DNA from: a virus
Lineage: Duplodnaviria; Caudoviricetes
IMG/VR virus record: IMGVR_UViG_2576861453_000002
Length of the DNA stretch: 64,000 nt
Strand: one strand, 5' to 3'
This document shows, in pieces, positions 11,286-20,203 of this stretch. The notes beneath the pieces were generated by a model, which saw only the letters and a program-made list of their open reading frames with translations, searched no databases and was not told the DNA's origin. Each line of letters opens with the position of its first letter. Position 1 is the stretch's first letter. The position numbers and the translations under genes were made by a program.

Positions 11286-11330
11286 TGGTACGCCCTACTG
11301 GATTCGAACCAGTGACCTACGGCTTAGAAG
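11286..11330 (-). other. att core: 3' half of tRNA-Arg(UCU), argU-like
   Basis: Reverse complement CTTCTAAGCCGTAGGTCACTGGTTCGAATCCAGTAGGGCGTACCA has anticodon loop TCT, T-arm and CCA; no 5' half. Confidence 0.9.
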
Positions 11331-11732
11331 TTCCTAGAACTACCATGTAACACAGTAACTTACCGCATCCTGCCGCGCTCACACGTCCCATGATGCTGAA
11401 AGATGCAACAACTTGCAGTAGCTTGCGAACGGTTGCATGTCTCAGTATTGTCCCAACCCGGATCAACCGATATATCGCATTCCTCGACTCGACTTCAAAC
11501 CCAGCACTTCAAAAAACCATGATATTCGGCCCGAAAGTTAGCACGATAGCACCCATTACTTTTCGTTCGGCATAGCGACAATAATTACAGTGCTATTTTA
11601 TGGCTTTACAACCTGATATCAACATCCTGTATTATTGGGGGAATATACTCTTTACTAAAGTGAGTAAAAATGTGATTTTTACTCTCCTTGACAATTTATT
11701 TTAGCACCTTCCAATTTCATAGAGGCTCAATT

Positions 11733-12446
11733 ATGGAGAAAAAGCCAAAAATAAGCAACAAACCGTTAATGTTAGAATCTTTAAATAATATTACAGTTCT
11801 ATCATTAATTGAACATTCAGCGCTTCCATGGGGCATCAAAGATACTAATTCACGCCATGTCTACATGAACGATGCATGCAAAGATTTCTTGGATATCCCT
11901 GAGAAATTTAACTATGAGGGGAGGACAGATAAAGAATTCCCCTGCCTTTGGGCCCCCCTTGAGCCTGAATTTACCGCACAGGATAGGAAATCAGAGCTAA
12001 GCCCAAACGGAACTGAGATAATTTCTACCACTTACTACGGAAGAGATCATGAACTTGCACCATACTATTCCCCTAAGTTTCCAATAAAGAATTGCGCAGG
12101 TGAGATTTTAGGAACAATTTATTATGCTAAAAGGTTTTCATATATATCTATCCAAGACTTCTTTAGCAGCCTTAAACCTTCAGTTTTGACCTTTAATTCT
12201 CCGGTTGATATTTTCACAGAAAGAGAGTTAGAAATAATTTTTTATGCAATTCAGAAAATACCCGCTAAAGAGATTGCACCTATACTGTGTATTTCTCATA
12301 GAACTGTTGAAAATAGGTTATTAAAGATATATGAAAAAGTCGGCACCAACTCGATAAAGGGTCTAATTGAATACTGTCATAATGTCGGATTGAATAATTA
12401 CGTACCAAAAAAACTCCTCAGAGAAGGTGTTAACTTTTGCTGGTGA
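11733..12446 (+). CDS. PAS-LuxR regulator, copy 4
   Basis: ATG at 11733 after GAGG; PAS plus LuxR HTH. Confidence 0.92.
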   Translation: MEKKPKISNKPLMLESLNNITVLSLIEHSALPWGIKDTNSRHVYMNDACKDFLDIPEKFNYEGRTDKEFPCLWAPLEPEFTAQDRKSELSPNGTEIISTTYYGRDHELAPYYSPKFPIKNCAGEILGTIYYAKRFSYISIQDFFSSLKPSVLTFNSPVDIFTERELEIIFYAIQKIPAKEIAPILCISHRTVENRLLKIYEKVGTNSIKGLIEYCHNVGLNNYVPKKLLREGVNFCW

Positions 12447-12473
12447 AAATTATGGTCAACTTAATGCACTGCT

Positions 12474-12497
12474 AGCCCGCCACTTCAGAGCGGGCTT
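12474..12497. terminator. Terminator between convergent PAS-LuxR and humD
   Basis: AGCCCGC..GCGGGCT; equivalent hairpins at ~7834..7859 and ~16387..16410. Confidence 0.75.
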
Positions 12498-12501
12498 AAC
12501 A

Positions 12502-12879
12502 TTATATGCACGGATCATCATCAAATTCGCCCGTCCGCATATCATTCAGTACATATGTGACAACGCCAAATCCAACGACCCCATCATGCTCTTCCACCCC
12601 TTCCAGTCTGCCAGGGTAGTCAAGTCGCTCTAACCCCCGTGATGGGTACAGCTTATAGCGACGAAGCGCATACTCTCCCCCAACCTCCGCCACCACAATG
12701 CTACCGTCAACCGGCGTGAGGGATCGGTCAACAACGATAATACTTCCCTGATGTATGCCATGGCGGATAGATCCCTCGCTGGCTCGCATAAGGAACGTTG
12801 CCGCCGGTCGATGGATGCACATTTTGTCCAGGCTTAGAGACGCTTCAACGTAGTCAGCCGCTGGAGAAGGAAAGCCCAT
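12502..12879 (-). CDS. humD: HumD-like (pre-cleaved UmuD') S24-family protein
   Basis: Begins MGFPSPAADYVE, the UmuD' N-terminus; SOS box upstream, as for P1 humD. Confidence 0.85.
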   Translation of the reverse strand: MGFPSPAADYVEASLSLDKMCIHRPAATFLMRASEGSIRHGIHQGSIIVVDRSLTPVDGSIVVAEVGGEYALRRYKLYPSRGLERLDYPGRLEGVEEHDGVVGFGVVTYVLNDMRTGEFDDDPCI

Positions 12880-12896
12880 TTTAAACACCTCAAACA

Positions 12897-12912
12897 CTGT
12901 ACATGCATACAG
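12897..12912. promoter_or_regulatory. LexA SOS box
   Basis: CTGT-ACATGCAT-ACAG. Confidence 0.9.
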
Positions 12913-13055
12913 TATAAGCGCGCTATTTAAAGGGTGTAAATGGGCTGGATGGCTCAAGCATGTATATCACTGACGTTTAGTGTAATTTAGTTATCACCGC
13001 ATCATGAAAGGATGAAGCGGTTACTGAAATACCGATTAGGCAGTGGCTAGACACA

Positions 13056-14168
13056 TCACTGCGGGATGATATTGCTAGGAGTTGCTTTATTTTGCTTACT
13101 CGTTAGTCTTTTCCCCAGCTTAATCATGGGCTTCTCGATGTATTTGTGTGTAAGTGCAGATACCCCAATTGACACCACAATGGTGAGCAAAGGAACAACG
13201 AAATATTTTAAAGATAAGGGCATGTCAATTTCATGGCAAATGCGAAGAACAAAAAATAATAGAATCATGTGCACCATGTATATTGAGTATGATATCCGTC
13301 CCAAAAATAATACGGGCTTACTGTCTAAAAATGATGCCAGTAATGAATTATTATTATATTTCTGTTTAAGAATCGTAAAATAAAAGACTGTTGCCCATAT
13401 AAATATAGGGATCATACCTTTCCTCAAGAACAGGAAAGAGATAAAAGATATCGCCGCATAAAGGTAGAAAAGTTGTATAGCTGTGATTCTTTCAGAATAG
13501 TTTTTATAGAAAAAGAACGTTGCGAAACCTACCGAAAATAGAGATAGGTTCTTTCCTATAAATCCGTGCGCAAAGTTCCCATTAAGTATTATAATGAGAG
13601 ATGCAATAACACATAAAAGCAAGCAGTTGTATTTATTGTATATTCCCCTAATCAGCATGAACAGAACTGGAGCTATTAAGTAGAACTGCCATTCTACTGA
13701 GACGCTCCACGCTTGCCCTAGTAAAGTATATGCTGTATCTGGAAGAAAGTTCTCAGGAATAATCCCTTGAAGAAGTAATGAATGAAATAGAAAGTGTAGA
13801 CTTGGATTAGATTGATAATTGTTGATTATTTCAAGCCTTCTTGCGGTAAATGGACTTAATGCAAGAACATTTAAGCTTTCTTCTGTAAAATCTATCAAAA
13901 TTGCACTAGCTATTAACGCGAAAATATAAACAGGAAAGATTCGGAAAAAACGCTGCGTGATAAAAACCGGGTATGATTGTTTTTTATTATCAATCATAAA
14001 AAATATCACAAAACCACTAAGTATGATAAATACATCAACGGCGTATATATTAAGTAATGAAGGCGGTACACGCGGATGCATTAAAGGCAACCCTGCAAGG
14101 CTGTGTCCGACAACTACCCAAAGAGCCATTATCCCCCTGAGGCCTTCCAATTCGTTAATATAACGCAT
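13056..14168 (-). CDS. Acyltransferase family 3 membrane protein (OafA/Oac-like polysaccharide O-acetylase)
   Basis: LEGLRG, VDVFIILSGF, RFFRIFP, WSVSVEWQFY, GRISYSIYMVH, IEKP motifs; AT-rich. Confidence 0.9.
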   Translation of the reverse strand: MRYINELEGLRGIMALWVVVGHSLAGLPLMHPRVPPSLLNIYAVDVFIILSGFVIFFMIDNKKQSYPVFITQRFFRIFPVYIFALIASAILIDFTEESLNVLALSPFTARRLEIINNYQSNPSLHFLFHSLLLQGIIPENFLPDTAYTLLGQAWSVSVEWQFYLIAPVLFMLIRGIYNKYNCLLLCVIASLIIILNGNFAHGFIGKNLSLFSVGFATFFFYKNYSERITAIQLFYLYAAISFISFLFLRKGMIPIFIWATVFYFTILKQKYNNNSLLASFLDSKPVLFLGRISYSIYMVHMILLFFVLRICHEIDMPLSLKYFVVPLLTIVVSIGVSALTHKYIEKPMIKLGKRLTSKQNKATPSNIIPQ

Positions 14169-14394
14169 AATTTACCCGCTAATAATTAGAAGTTTCTTGC
14201 CATTACATATCTAAATGTAAAGATATGCAATAAAAAACTTACATAATTAAGAATACCTTTACCTCACTCTTTTGTAACTTACTGTATTTACATTGTTTAT
14301 TGTGCACGACGCCAAGAAGGTCAAGGCGTCGCGTATGTCATCTTGTCCACCAAACATCTTTTATGGGTGGACAGTACAATACAATGCACAGTCG

Positions 14395-14640
14395 CTATGA
14401 TGTCGCGTTCGCAGCATAAAGAGCTTTAGCGGCAGCGAGAGCGGCATCGGAGGTTATAGAGCTATCGTTTGCGGTAATCTTATCCGCAAGTGCCTGGACT
14501 GCTATATCCTCTGCGGTCTCAGGGACTGTCAGTGCCGTTTGTTGGATCAGCAACGGAACGCCGTTAGTCTCTGTCTGCACTATAATCACACCGTCTGTGG
14601 TAGACGGGCCAACATACTGAGCCCTTGCACCGTAAGCTCC
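14395..14640 (-). pseudogene. 3' fragment of a deleted gene, possibly tail-associated
   Basis: Open frame truncated at the junction with the integrase fragment; position matches the tail end of a prophage. Confidence 0.35.
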
Positions 14641-14689
14641 GACGATTGACGAAGTCGCTAATTCTGCACTTTCATTTCAATCTGTTGTT

Positions 14690-15021
14690 CCGCCGGGATA
14701 AATCTGCGCGATGTCATCGAAACATGCCGGCAAGGAAATCCTACTGGTTACCTCGTTTGCTCTTCAGTCAGAAAAGGACAAAGTAAAGCGGGTTCGGTTT
14801 TACCTGATGCCATTACCAGCGCATTTGCAGAAGCCAGTGAATCGAGCGGTGTCCAATTTGGCAACCATTCCCCTTCTATTCATGAGATAAGGAGTCTTGT
14901 AAGCCGGCTGTACGCTGTGGAGAATTGAAATGAATTTGCACAAAAATCACTCGGACATAAGCACAGGTCGATGACCAAAAAATACCTCGATTCTCGTGAT
15001 CAGGCATATGTGATGGTACGA
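14690..15021 (+). pseudogene. C-terminal fragment of a lambda-type tyrosine integrase
   Basis: NLRDVIETCR...PSIHEIRSLVSRLYAVEN*NEFAQKSLGHKHRSMTKKYLDSR contains HxxR, LGH and catalytic Y; internal TGA. Confidence 0.88.
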
Positions 15022-15097
15022 TCCAATTATCGCGTTATCGGACATAATGCGGTTAATTTTGGACAAAAGCGAAATTTTCGCTGTATTTCAATCGGAT

Positions 15098-15123
15098 AAA
15101 AAAAGACCGAATACGATTCCTGT
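15098..15123 (-). other. att core matching the 3' end of SdsR/RyeB sRNA; left boundary of the intact prophage
   Basis: AAAAAAAGACCGAATACGATTCCTGT matches the recalled ryeA/ryeB terminator sequence, a known phage insertion hotspot; adjacent to the int fragment; flanked by TCGGAC-type arm repeats. Confidence 0.75.
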
Positions 15124-15277
15124 TTACGGAACAACCACTAAATATCATTATTTTTCAATATGATATGTGACAAATAGCCCAAAAAAACACTTACCAATAC
15201 GAATCAACGAATTACTTTAGTTCCAATTAGTTAGCATGACCTTCGGACCTTCGACGGACTATTTTCGGAACCCCGCC

Positions 15278-15485
15278 TCATATGCACGGGTCGTCATCAA
15301 ACTTTTTCGGCTGCGCATCGTTAATGATGAATGTAATCACACCAAAAATCGCCGCGTGATCTCCGAGCTGTTCACTTTCTAATGACTCCGCATCGATCAG
15401 ATCGTCCAGCCTGTCCAGGTGTTGCAGCGCTGGCCGATCTCTAAGCAGCAACCGACGCATCACATAGCGCCCATTCATCGCGGCT
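15278..15485 (-). pseudogene. 3' half of a HumD-like gene
   Basis: NGRYVMRRLLLRDRP..KKFDDDPCI; 5' half missing. Confidence 0.85.
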
Positions 15486-15645
15486 GACTGAATAGTTATA
15501 TATCTCTCCTCTCTTATTTTTAGCTCGATAATCTGGTAATAAATTCGTACTTAATTAGGGGGAATGTACTCTTTACCAATTTGCATAACTATGTAATGGT
15601 AGCTTTTGGTTGAAAAAAAATGGAGTATTCGATGGAGGCTGTCCC

Positions 15646-16359
15646 ATGGATAAAAAAACCTTAGAGTCACCTAGCCGATTGACTTTTGAGTCGCTTAACA
15701 ATTTCCCCCTAAAAAAATTTATGGAGAAATCTGATATTGCATGGGCTATTAAAAGTAATGATTCTCGATTTGTGTATATAAACAGGGCTGGCCTTGACTT
15801 TTCTAATATTCCGTTGGAATATGATTATGAAGGAAGGTTTGATGAGGAGTTCCCATGCGCTTGGTCTGAGCTGGCACCAGAATTTAAGGCGCATGATAGA
15901 AAAGCTGAATCCAGCCCGCAAGGGGCAGAGATAATAACCACTTCCTACTTTACACGCAACTCACTTTTAGAACCTTGGTATTGTCATAAGTTCCCAATTT
16001 ATGGAGGTGACGACCAAATACTAGGAACGCTTTGCTATTGCAAAAGGTTTAGCTTTTTCTCTACCTTTGAATTTTTTGCAAACTTGAAGCCTTCAGTTAT
16101 AACACTTAACCCTCCCGTGGATATCTTCACAGAAAGAGAACTTGAGATAATATTTTATGCCATACAGAAATTTTCAGCCAAGGAAATTGCTTTAAAACTA
16201 ATTATTTCTCATAGAACTGTCGAAAATAGGTTACTAAGAATTTACGAAAAAATAGGCGTCAATTCAATTAACGGGCTGATTGAATATTGTCATAATGTCG
16301 GCTTAAATAACTATGTACCTAAGAAACTCCTCAGAGAAGGGGTTAACTTTTGTTGGTGA
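15646..16359 (+). CDS. PAS-LuxR regulator, copy 5 (moron of the intact prophage)
   Basis: ATG at 15646 after GGAGG; PAS plus LuxR HTH. Confidence 0.92.
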   Translation: MDKKTLESPSRLTFESLNNFPLKKFMEKSDIAWAIKSNDSRFVYINRAGLDFSNIPLEYDYEGRFDEEFPCAWSELAPEFKAHDRKAESSPQGAEIITTSYFTRNSLLEPWYCHKFPIYGGDDQILGTLCYCKRFSFFSTFEFFANLKPSVITLNPPVDIFTERELEIIFYAIQKFSAKEIALKLIISHRTVENRLLRIYEKIGVNSINGLIEYCHNVGLNNYVPKKLLREGVNFCW

Positions 16360-16415
16360 AACTTATGGTCAACTTAATGCACTGCTAGCCCGCCAGCTTG
16401 AAGCGGGCTACCTAC

Positions 16416-16793
16416 TCAAATACACGGATTATCATCGAATTTCTTTTTCCGCGCGTCGTTGATGATATACGTGATCACTCCGAAAATCGCCGCGTCACCC
16501 TCCTGTTCATCCTCTAACGACTCCGCGTCTATCAAATCATTCAATCTGTCCAAGTGTTGCAGCGCTGGCCGCTCGCGCAGCAGTAATCTGCGCATCACAT
16601 AGCGCCCATTCACCGCTGCTATGACTATGCTGCCGTGGACTGGCTTCACAGAGCAGTCAACAACCAACAGCGCTCCTTCCCTGATGCCAGCATTAACAGA
16701 GCTGCTACCCGATCGCATGTAGTAAGTAGCAGCGCTGGCGCTGACTAGCGCATTCAAATCAACCCCCTGCTCCATCATTTCACGCATAACCAT
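16416..16793 (-). CDS. HumD/UmuD'-like S24-family protein
   Basis: ATYYMR..GALLVVD.SVKPVHGSIVIAAVNG..IFGVITYII; lacks the GFPSPA arm. Confidence 0.8.
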   Translation of the reverse strand: MVMREMMEQGVDLNALVSASAATYYMRSGSSSVNAGIREGALLVVDCSVKPVHGSIVIAAVNGRYVMRRLLLRERPALQHLDRLNDLIDAESLEDEQEGDAAIFGVITYIINDARKKKFDDNPCI

Positions 16794-16806
16794 TCGCCTT
16801 AAAATA

Positions 16807-16822
16807 CTGTACATACATACAG
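16807..16822. promoter_or_regulatory. LexA SOS box
   Basis: CTGT-ACATACAT-ACAG. Confidence 0.9.
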
Positions 16823-16920
16823 CATAGATCGACCTTAGTTGAAAGTGAATAGCTCAATTAACAATCAATTTTGCTTAGTACAGGAACATATTGAAAGAAA
16901 TGGGGATTGGATCGGGGGAC

Positions 16921-17742
16921 TCAGCTGAACCGGCTAACGTTAGCAGCATAGTCGGATGCCAATACATCAGAAGCAGTGATATCCAGTCCGTCCAGGACGT
17001 CTAGCCGTGCGCGATATACGGCCCCTGTAAATGCCCCCGCATAGCCCGCATCAGTGCCGACATAACGCTGAGTAGGCGGCAATGTCGGCAACGTGGACGG
17101 GAAGGTTTGCGATGCTGATGTATAGACTAAAGCGTTATCGAGGTAGACGTAAAAGATAAATGTTGTGCCATCAGATGCGACTTTGCATCTCACAGCAACC
17201 TGATGAACCCCGCCCCCCATAATGCCATTCAAGACAGCGCCAACAGACAAGTCGACACCAAGAACAACAACCTGAGTTCGCGCTAAATTCGTCAAATCTC
17301 CGGAGGCAGCAACAGGTCTTACCTCGCAAATTTTATCAGCAGTTACCGACCGACCGCCGCCGACGAGGAAAATATTGTTGTTAGTGCTTGTATTAGCTAG
17401 GGTAGATATTTTTAACCAAAACGTATACATCCAATCTTTAGCGGTCGTGATGTCGGGAACCATTACAGCCGGGAGCGTAAATTGATCACCAGCCTGCCCA
17501 GGCCAAACCATGCCGCCATTTGCGTAGGTGTGCGCCTTTGTGAATGAGCCTGTGGAATTCTCAAACGAAAGGCTTTTAATAGTGTCGCCTGCTGCCACGT
17601 CTTTTTTCCCGCCGCTCCAGGCAATACCAAAATCAAACGGGCCGACAGTACCCGCATTCATCGTAGAATCACGATAAAGCTTCTCGCCCGTGTCGATAGT
17701 GACGTCTACTAACTGCTCAATTTTTCCGGCCATCAGACCCAT
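16921..17742 (-). CDS. Tail-associated protein, probable LamG/concanavalin-like fold
   Basis: Coupled to the tail spike gene; TFWLK, HQVAV, VYLDN, FTGAVYRARL pattern. Confidence 0.6.
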   Translation of the reverse strand: MGLMAGKIEQLVDVTIDTGEKLYRDSTMNAGTVGPFDFGIAWSGGKKDVAAGDTIKSLSFENSTGSFTKAHTYANGGMVWPGQAGDQFTLPAVMVPDITTAKDWMYTFWLKISTLANTSTNNNIFLVGGGRSVTADKICEVRPVAASGDLTNLARTQVVVLGVDLSVGAVLNGIMGGGVHQVAVRCKVASDGTTFIFYVYLDNALVYTSASQTFPSTLPTLPPTQRYVGTDAGYAGAFTGAVYRARLDVLDGLDITASDVLASDYAANVSRFS

Positions 17743-20138
17743 CCTTTCAATTGCATAAAGTTATAAACAAATTCCGCGTTTACTTCGGCACCCACATACA
17801 GGGCATAATCCGGCGCCATTGAACTGGATTTCGCTTGTGAGGGGTGTAAGTAGTCATAACGAAGAGAGCGAGGTGTCACGCCGTTTGTTACATCAGTAAC
17901 ATCGTCTGCGTAATCTGGGTTGTGGTGATTGATAAAGTTCTGCAACATATCAACACCATCAATCTGGCAATAGAATTCCGGGAATTGCTTCTTAAACGTA
18001 TTATTCAATAAAGCAACTTGCCCCGCTCCGGTGCTTCCTGTCGTATCGGTTGCCCCGGGAAAGTCAGGCAATATCACTACACGCTTACCAATGCTCTTGA
18101 GGTACTTCACCATGTTAACGGCATTGCCAATTATTTCATCGGTGTAAGCAATATTATTCCGGCCCAGCCAAAATATATTGATACATTCATCATGCCCATA
18201 ATACACCGTTCCCGCCGGCGCACCGTTCGGGATGGGCTGCGTTGTCGTCGGGATAACATTGATGGGGGTCATATCTGTCACCGTTACCGCATCCCCAGCG
18301 GCGGAGCGGGCAAAGTACGGCGCAGAGCCATCCCAGATAAACGTCCCAGGGATACCCGCGTAGGTACAGGCAATGCTGTTGGCTTCGGCCGGATTATAAA
18401 GAAAGCACGGCCCTTGTGCCCACTGTCCAGTTTTAGCCGTCAGCGGTACGTTCTGGACGTCTGCCGGAATGGTGCCGGCGGTCGGGACATAATAAGCCGG
18501 GTCGCCACCCTGGCGCGCAGCAACAGCCACAGACCGCGCAGAGCTGCGGCCGAAATTGTAGGCGTATAATCCGGTCAGCTCCTGCAATCGATTCATCATG
18601 CGGGCGTTTTCCATCATTGAATGCCCCCAACCGACTAATTTTAGCCTCGCGATATATGGATACGGGATTAGGTTTGTTTTATTAGCGTAAAATAGACCGC
18701 CCGGCGCATTGTCGGCCCGATCAGAGGTCCAAACTATGCGCTCGGTCCCGTCGATATGCGGGTTAGTCTCGTTTGAGTCACCCGATGTAATGGTCGTCTC
18801 GGTGTTATTATCCGTGTTATAAACGCGAATTTGAGATTTACCTGCACTGTCAGTCACTGTGAAGGGTGCTAGGGGATTGGTTTCGACAGTCGGGATAGTT
18901 TGGGATGCTTTATATGCCTCGTCCCATAACGATTTTTTCTTAAGCCATTCCTCAACATCAAAAAGCATGTTTTTATTGCTATCGACAAGCACAAACGGTT
19001 TTTTGTTAAGCTCATACTCTCCCGTTGAGGCAATATATTTTGACTGAGACGACAGAACGGTTATATTTTCTGATGTCGCGCTATCGGGAAGTGAAGTTAA
19101 GTCAATGTCTTTCCCGCCCGCCGTCAGTTTCTCAATTGTCGCATTTTTCAGCACAATCGGCAGCAGATAGGTTTTAACGCCGTCCCGCGTCATCTCGATA
19201 ATGTTATTATCATCATCAAGGAGAATGGATTGAACATTGCCGAAAAGCTCGTACTCTCCCGCTGCGCCGAACTCGTCGGAAGAAAGAAACTTAGCCGCAT
19301 CAGCATAACGGATCAGATTTTGCACGAAATATTCGGGAGGTATTGAGTCTGATGTAAAATCTACGCCGCCTAAAACTAGTCTGTCCCCTATCAACGCTGG
19401 CGCAGTCAGTGGCTTTTTGAAGGTGAATAAATCTCCGTCAAATTTTTGAAGTATGTTGCCCTGATCATCAACCACAGCTAGAACAAGCCTTTGCGCTAGT
19501 TCATATTCCCCACCGTAATCAGGACTTGAATAAGCGGCCAGCTTGTTCAAGGTGGCGAGGTTGCTTATAGAAGCTTCTCCCACCGTTTTAGAAACAGCAG
19601 TCGCGGAACCGGCATCATTTAACCAGTACGTAATTCCATCGGTCGGAACATCGCTGGATGGCGTGGCAAAAATATCTCCTGCGGACGTCGCGGCCAGACC
19701 GGTCGACGTGTCAGCGTAAAAACGTCCCGCAGCCATCGCAGAAGTTGCGGCAGACTCGGCGCGTTCGGCGGCAGCAATAGCAGCAACAGAAGATTCATTA
19801 GCCGCAGCTCGCATTTCTTCGACAGTTTGTATTATCACTGGCGTGATTTCAGACTCGCCCGGCGTTGTCAGGTAATCGTTCAACGTTCCGGGCAGGGAGT
19901 CATTAAAAACCGTGATTGTTCCAACCTTCTCCGGCGGCTGTCCGTACGCCTCTATAATGACTTCATGCTTGCCAGTTTGCGCCGTTAGCGAATATCTGCC
20001 ATCACTGCCCGTTTCAGTAGTAGATGGCGCGTACTGCACTACCGCCGACGATGTTTTCACCGCACGCAAGGTAATGGTTACCCCTGCGCGTGGGTCACCA
20101 TTTGGCCCTATTAATTTGCCGCTAATAACTACTGACAT
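17733..20138 (-). CDS. Tail fibre/spike with Stf-like N-terminus and SGNH esterase-like C-terminus
   Basis: MSVVISGKL..PGTLNDYL N-domain; GWGHSMM, NFGRSS, WLGRNN and DYLHP blocks. Confidence 0.8.
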   Translation of the reverse strand: MSVVISGKLIGPNGDPRAGVTITLRAVKTSSAVVQYAPSTTETGSDGRYSLTAQTGKHEVIIEAYGQPPEKVGTITVFNDSLPGTLNDYLTTPGESEITPVIIQTVEEMRAAANESSVAAIAAAERAESAATSAMAAGRFYADTSTGLAATSAGDIFATPSSDVPTDGITYWLNDAGSATAVSKTVGEASISNLATLNKLAAYSSPDYGGEYELAQRLVLAVVDDQGNILQKFDGDLFTFKKPLTAPALIGDRLVLGGVDFTSDSIPPEYFVQNLIRYADAAKFLSSDEFGAAGEYELFGNVQSILLDDDNNIIEMTRDGVKTYLLPIVLKNATIEKLTAGGKDIDLTSLPDSATSENITVLSSQSKYIASTGEYELNKKPFVLVDSNKNMLFDVEEWLKKKSLWDEAYKASQTIPTVETNPLAPFTVTDSAGKSQIRVYNTDNNTETTITSGDSNETNPHIDGTERIVWTSDRADNAPGGLFYANKTNLIPYPYIARLKLVGWGHSMMENARMMNRLQELTGLYAYNFGRSSARSVAVAARQGGDPAYYVPTAGTIPADVQNVPLTAKTGQWAQGPCFLYNPAEANSIACTYAGIPGTFIWDGSAPYFARSAAGDAVTVTDMTPINVIPTTTQPIPNGAPAGTVYYGHDECINIFWLGRNNIAYTDEIIGNAVNMVKYLKSIGKRVVILPDFPGATDTTGSTGAGQVALLNNTFKKQFPEFYCQIDGVDMLQNFINHHNPDYADDVTDVTNGVTPRSLRYDYLHPSQAKSSSMAPDYALYVGAEVNAEFVYNFMQLKGWV

Positions 20139-20203
20139 CGGTTTCTCCAGCAATACCCCGCAAAAGGAGCATAGTTAATTAAAAGATATTGGCGACGAAG
20201 TGT

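Larger units (their letters stand above)
11286..15097. mobile_element. Collapsed prophage remnant B
   Basis: att, PAS-LuxR, HumD, acyltransferase, gene fragment, integrase 3' fragment, next att. Confidence 0.75.

Noticed and set aside
11286-11360. Intact tRNA-Arg gene
   Set aside because: Only anticodon loop to CCA is present; there is no D-arm or 5' acceptor strand.
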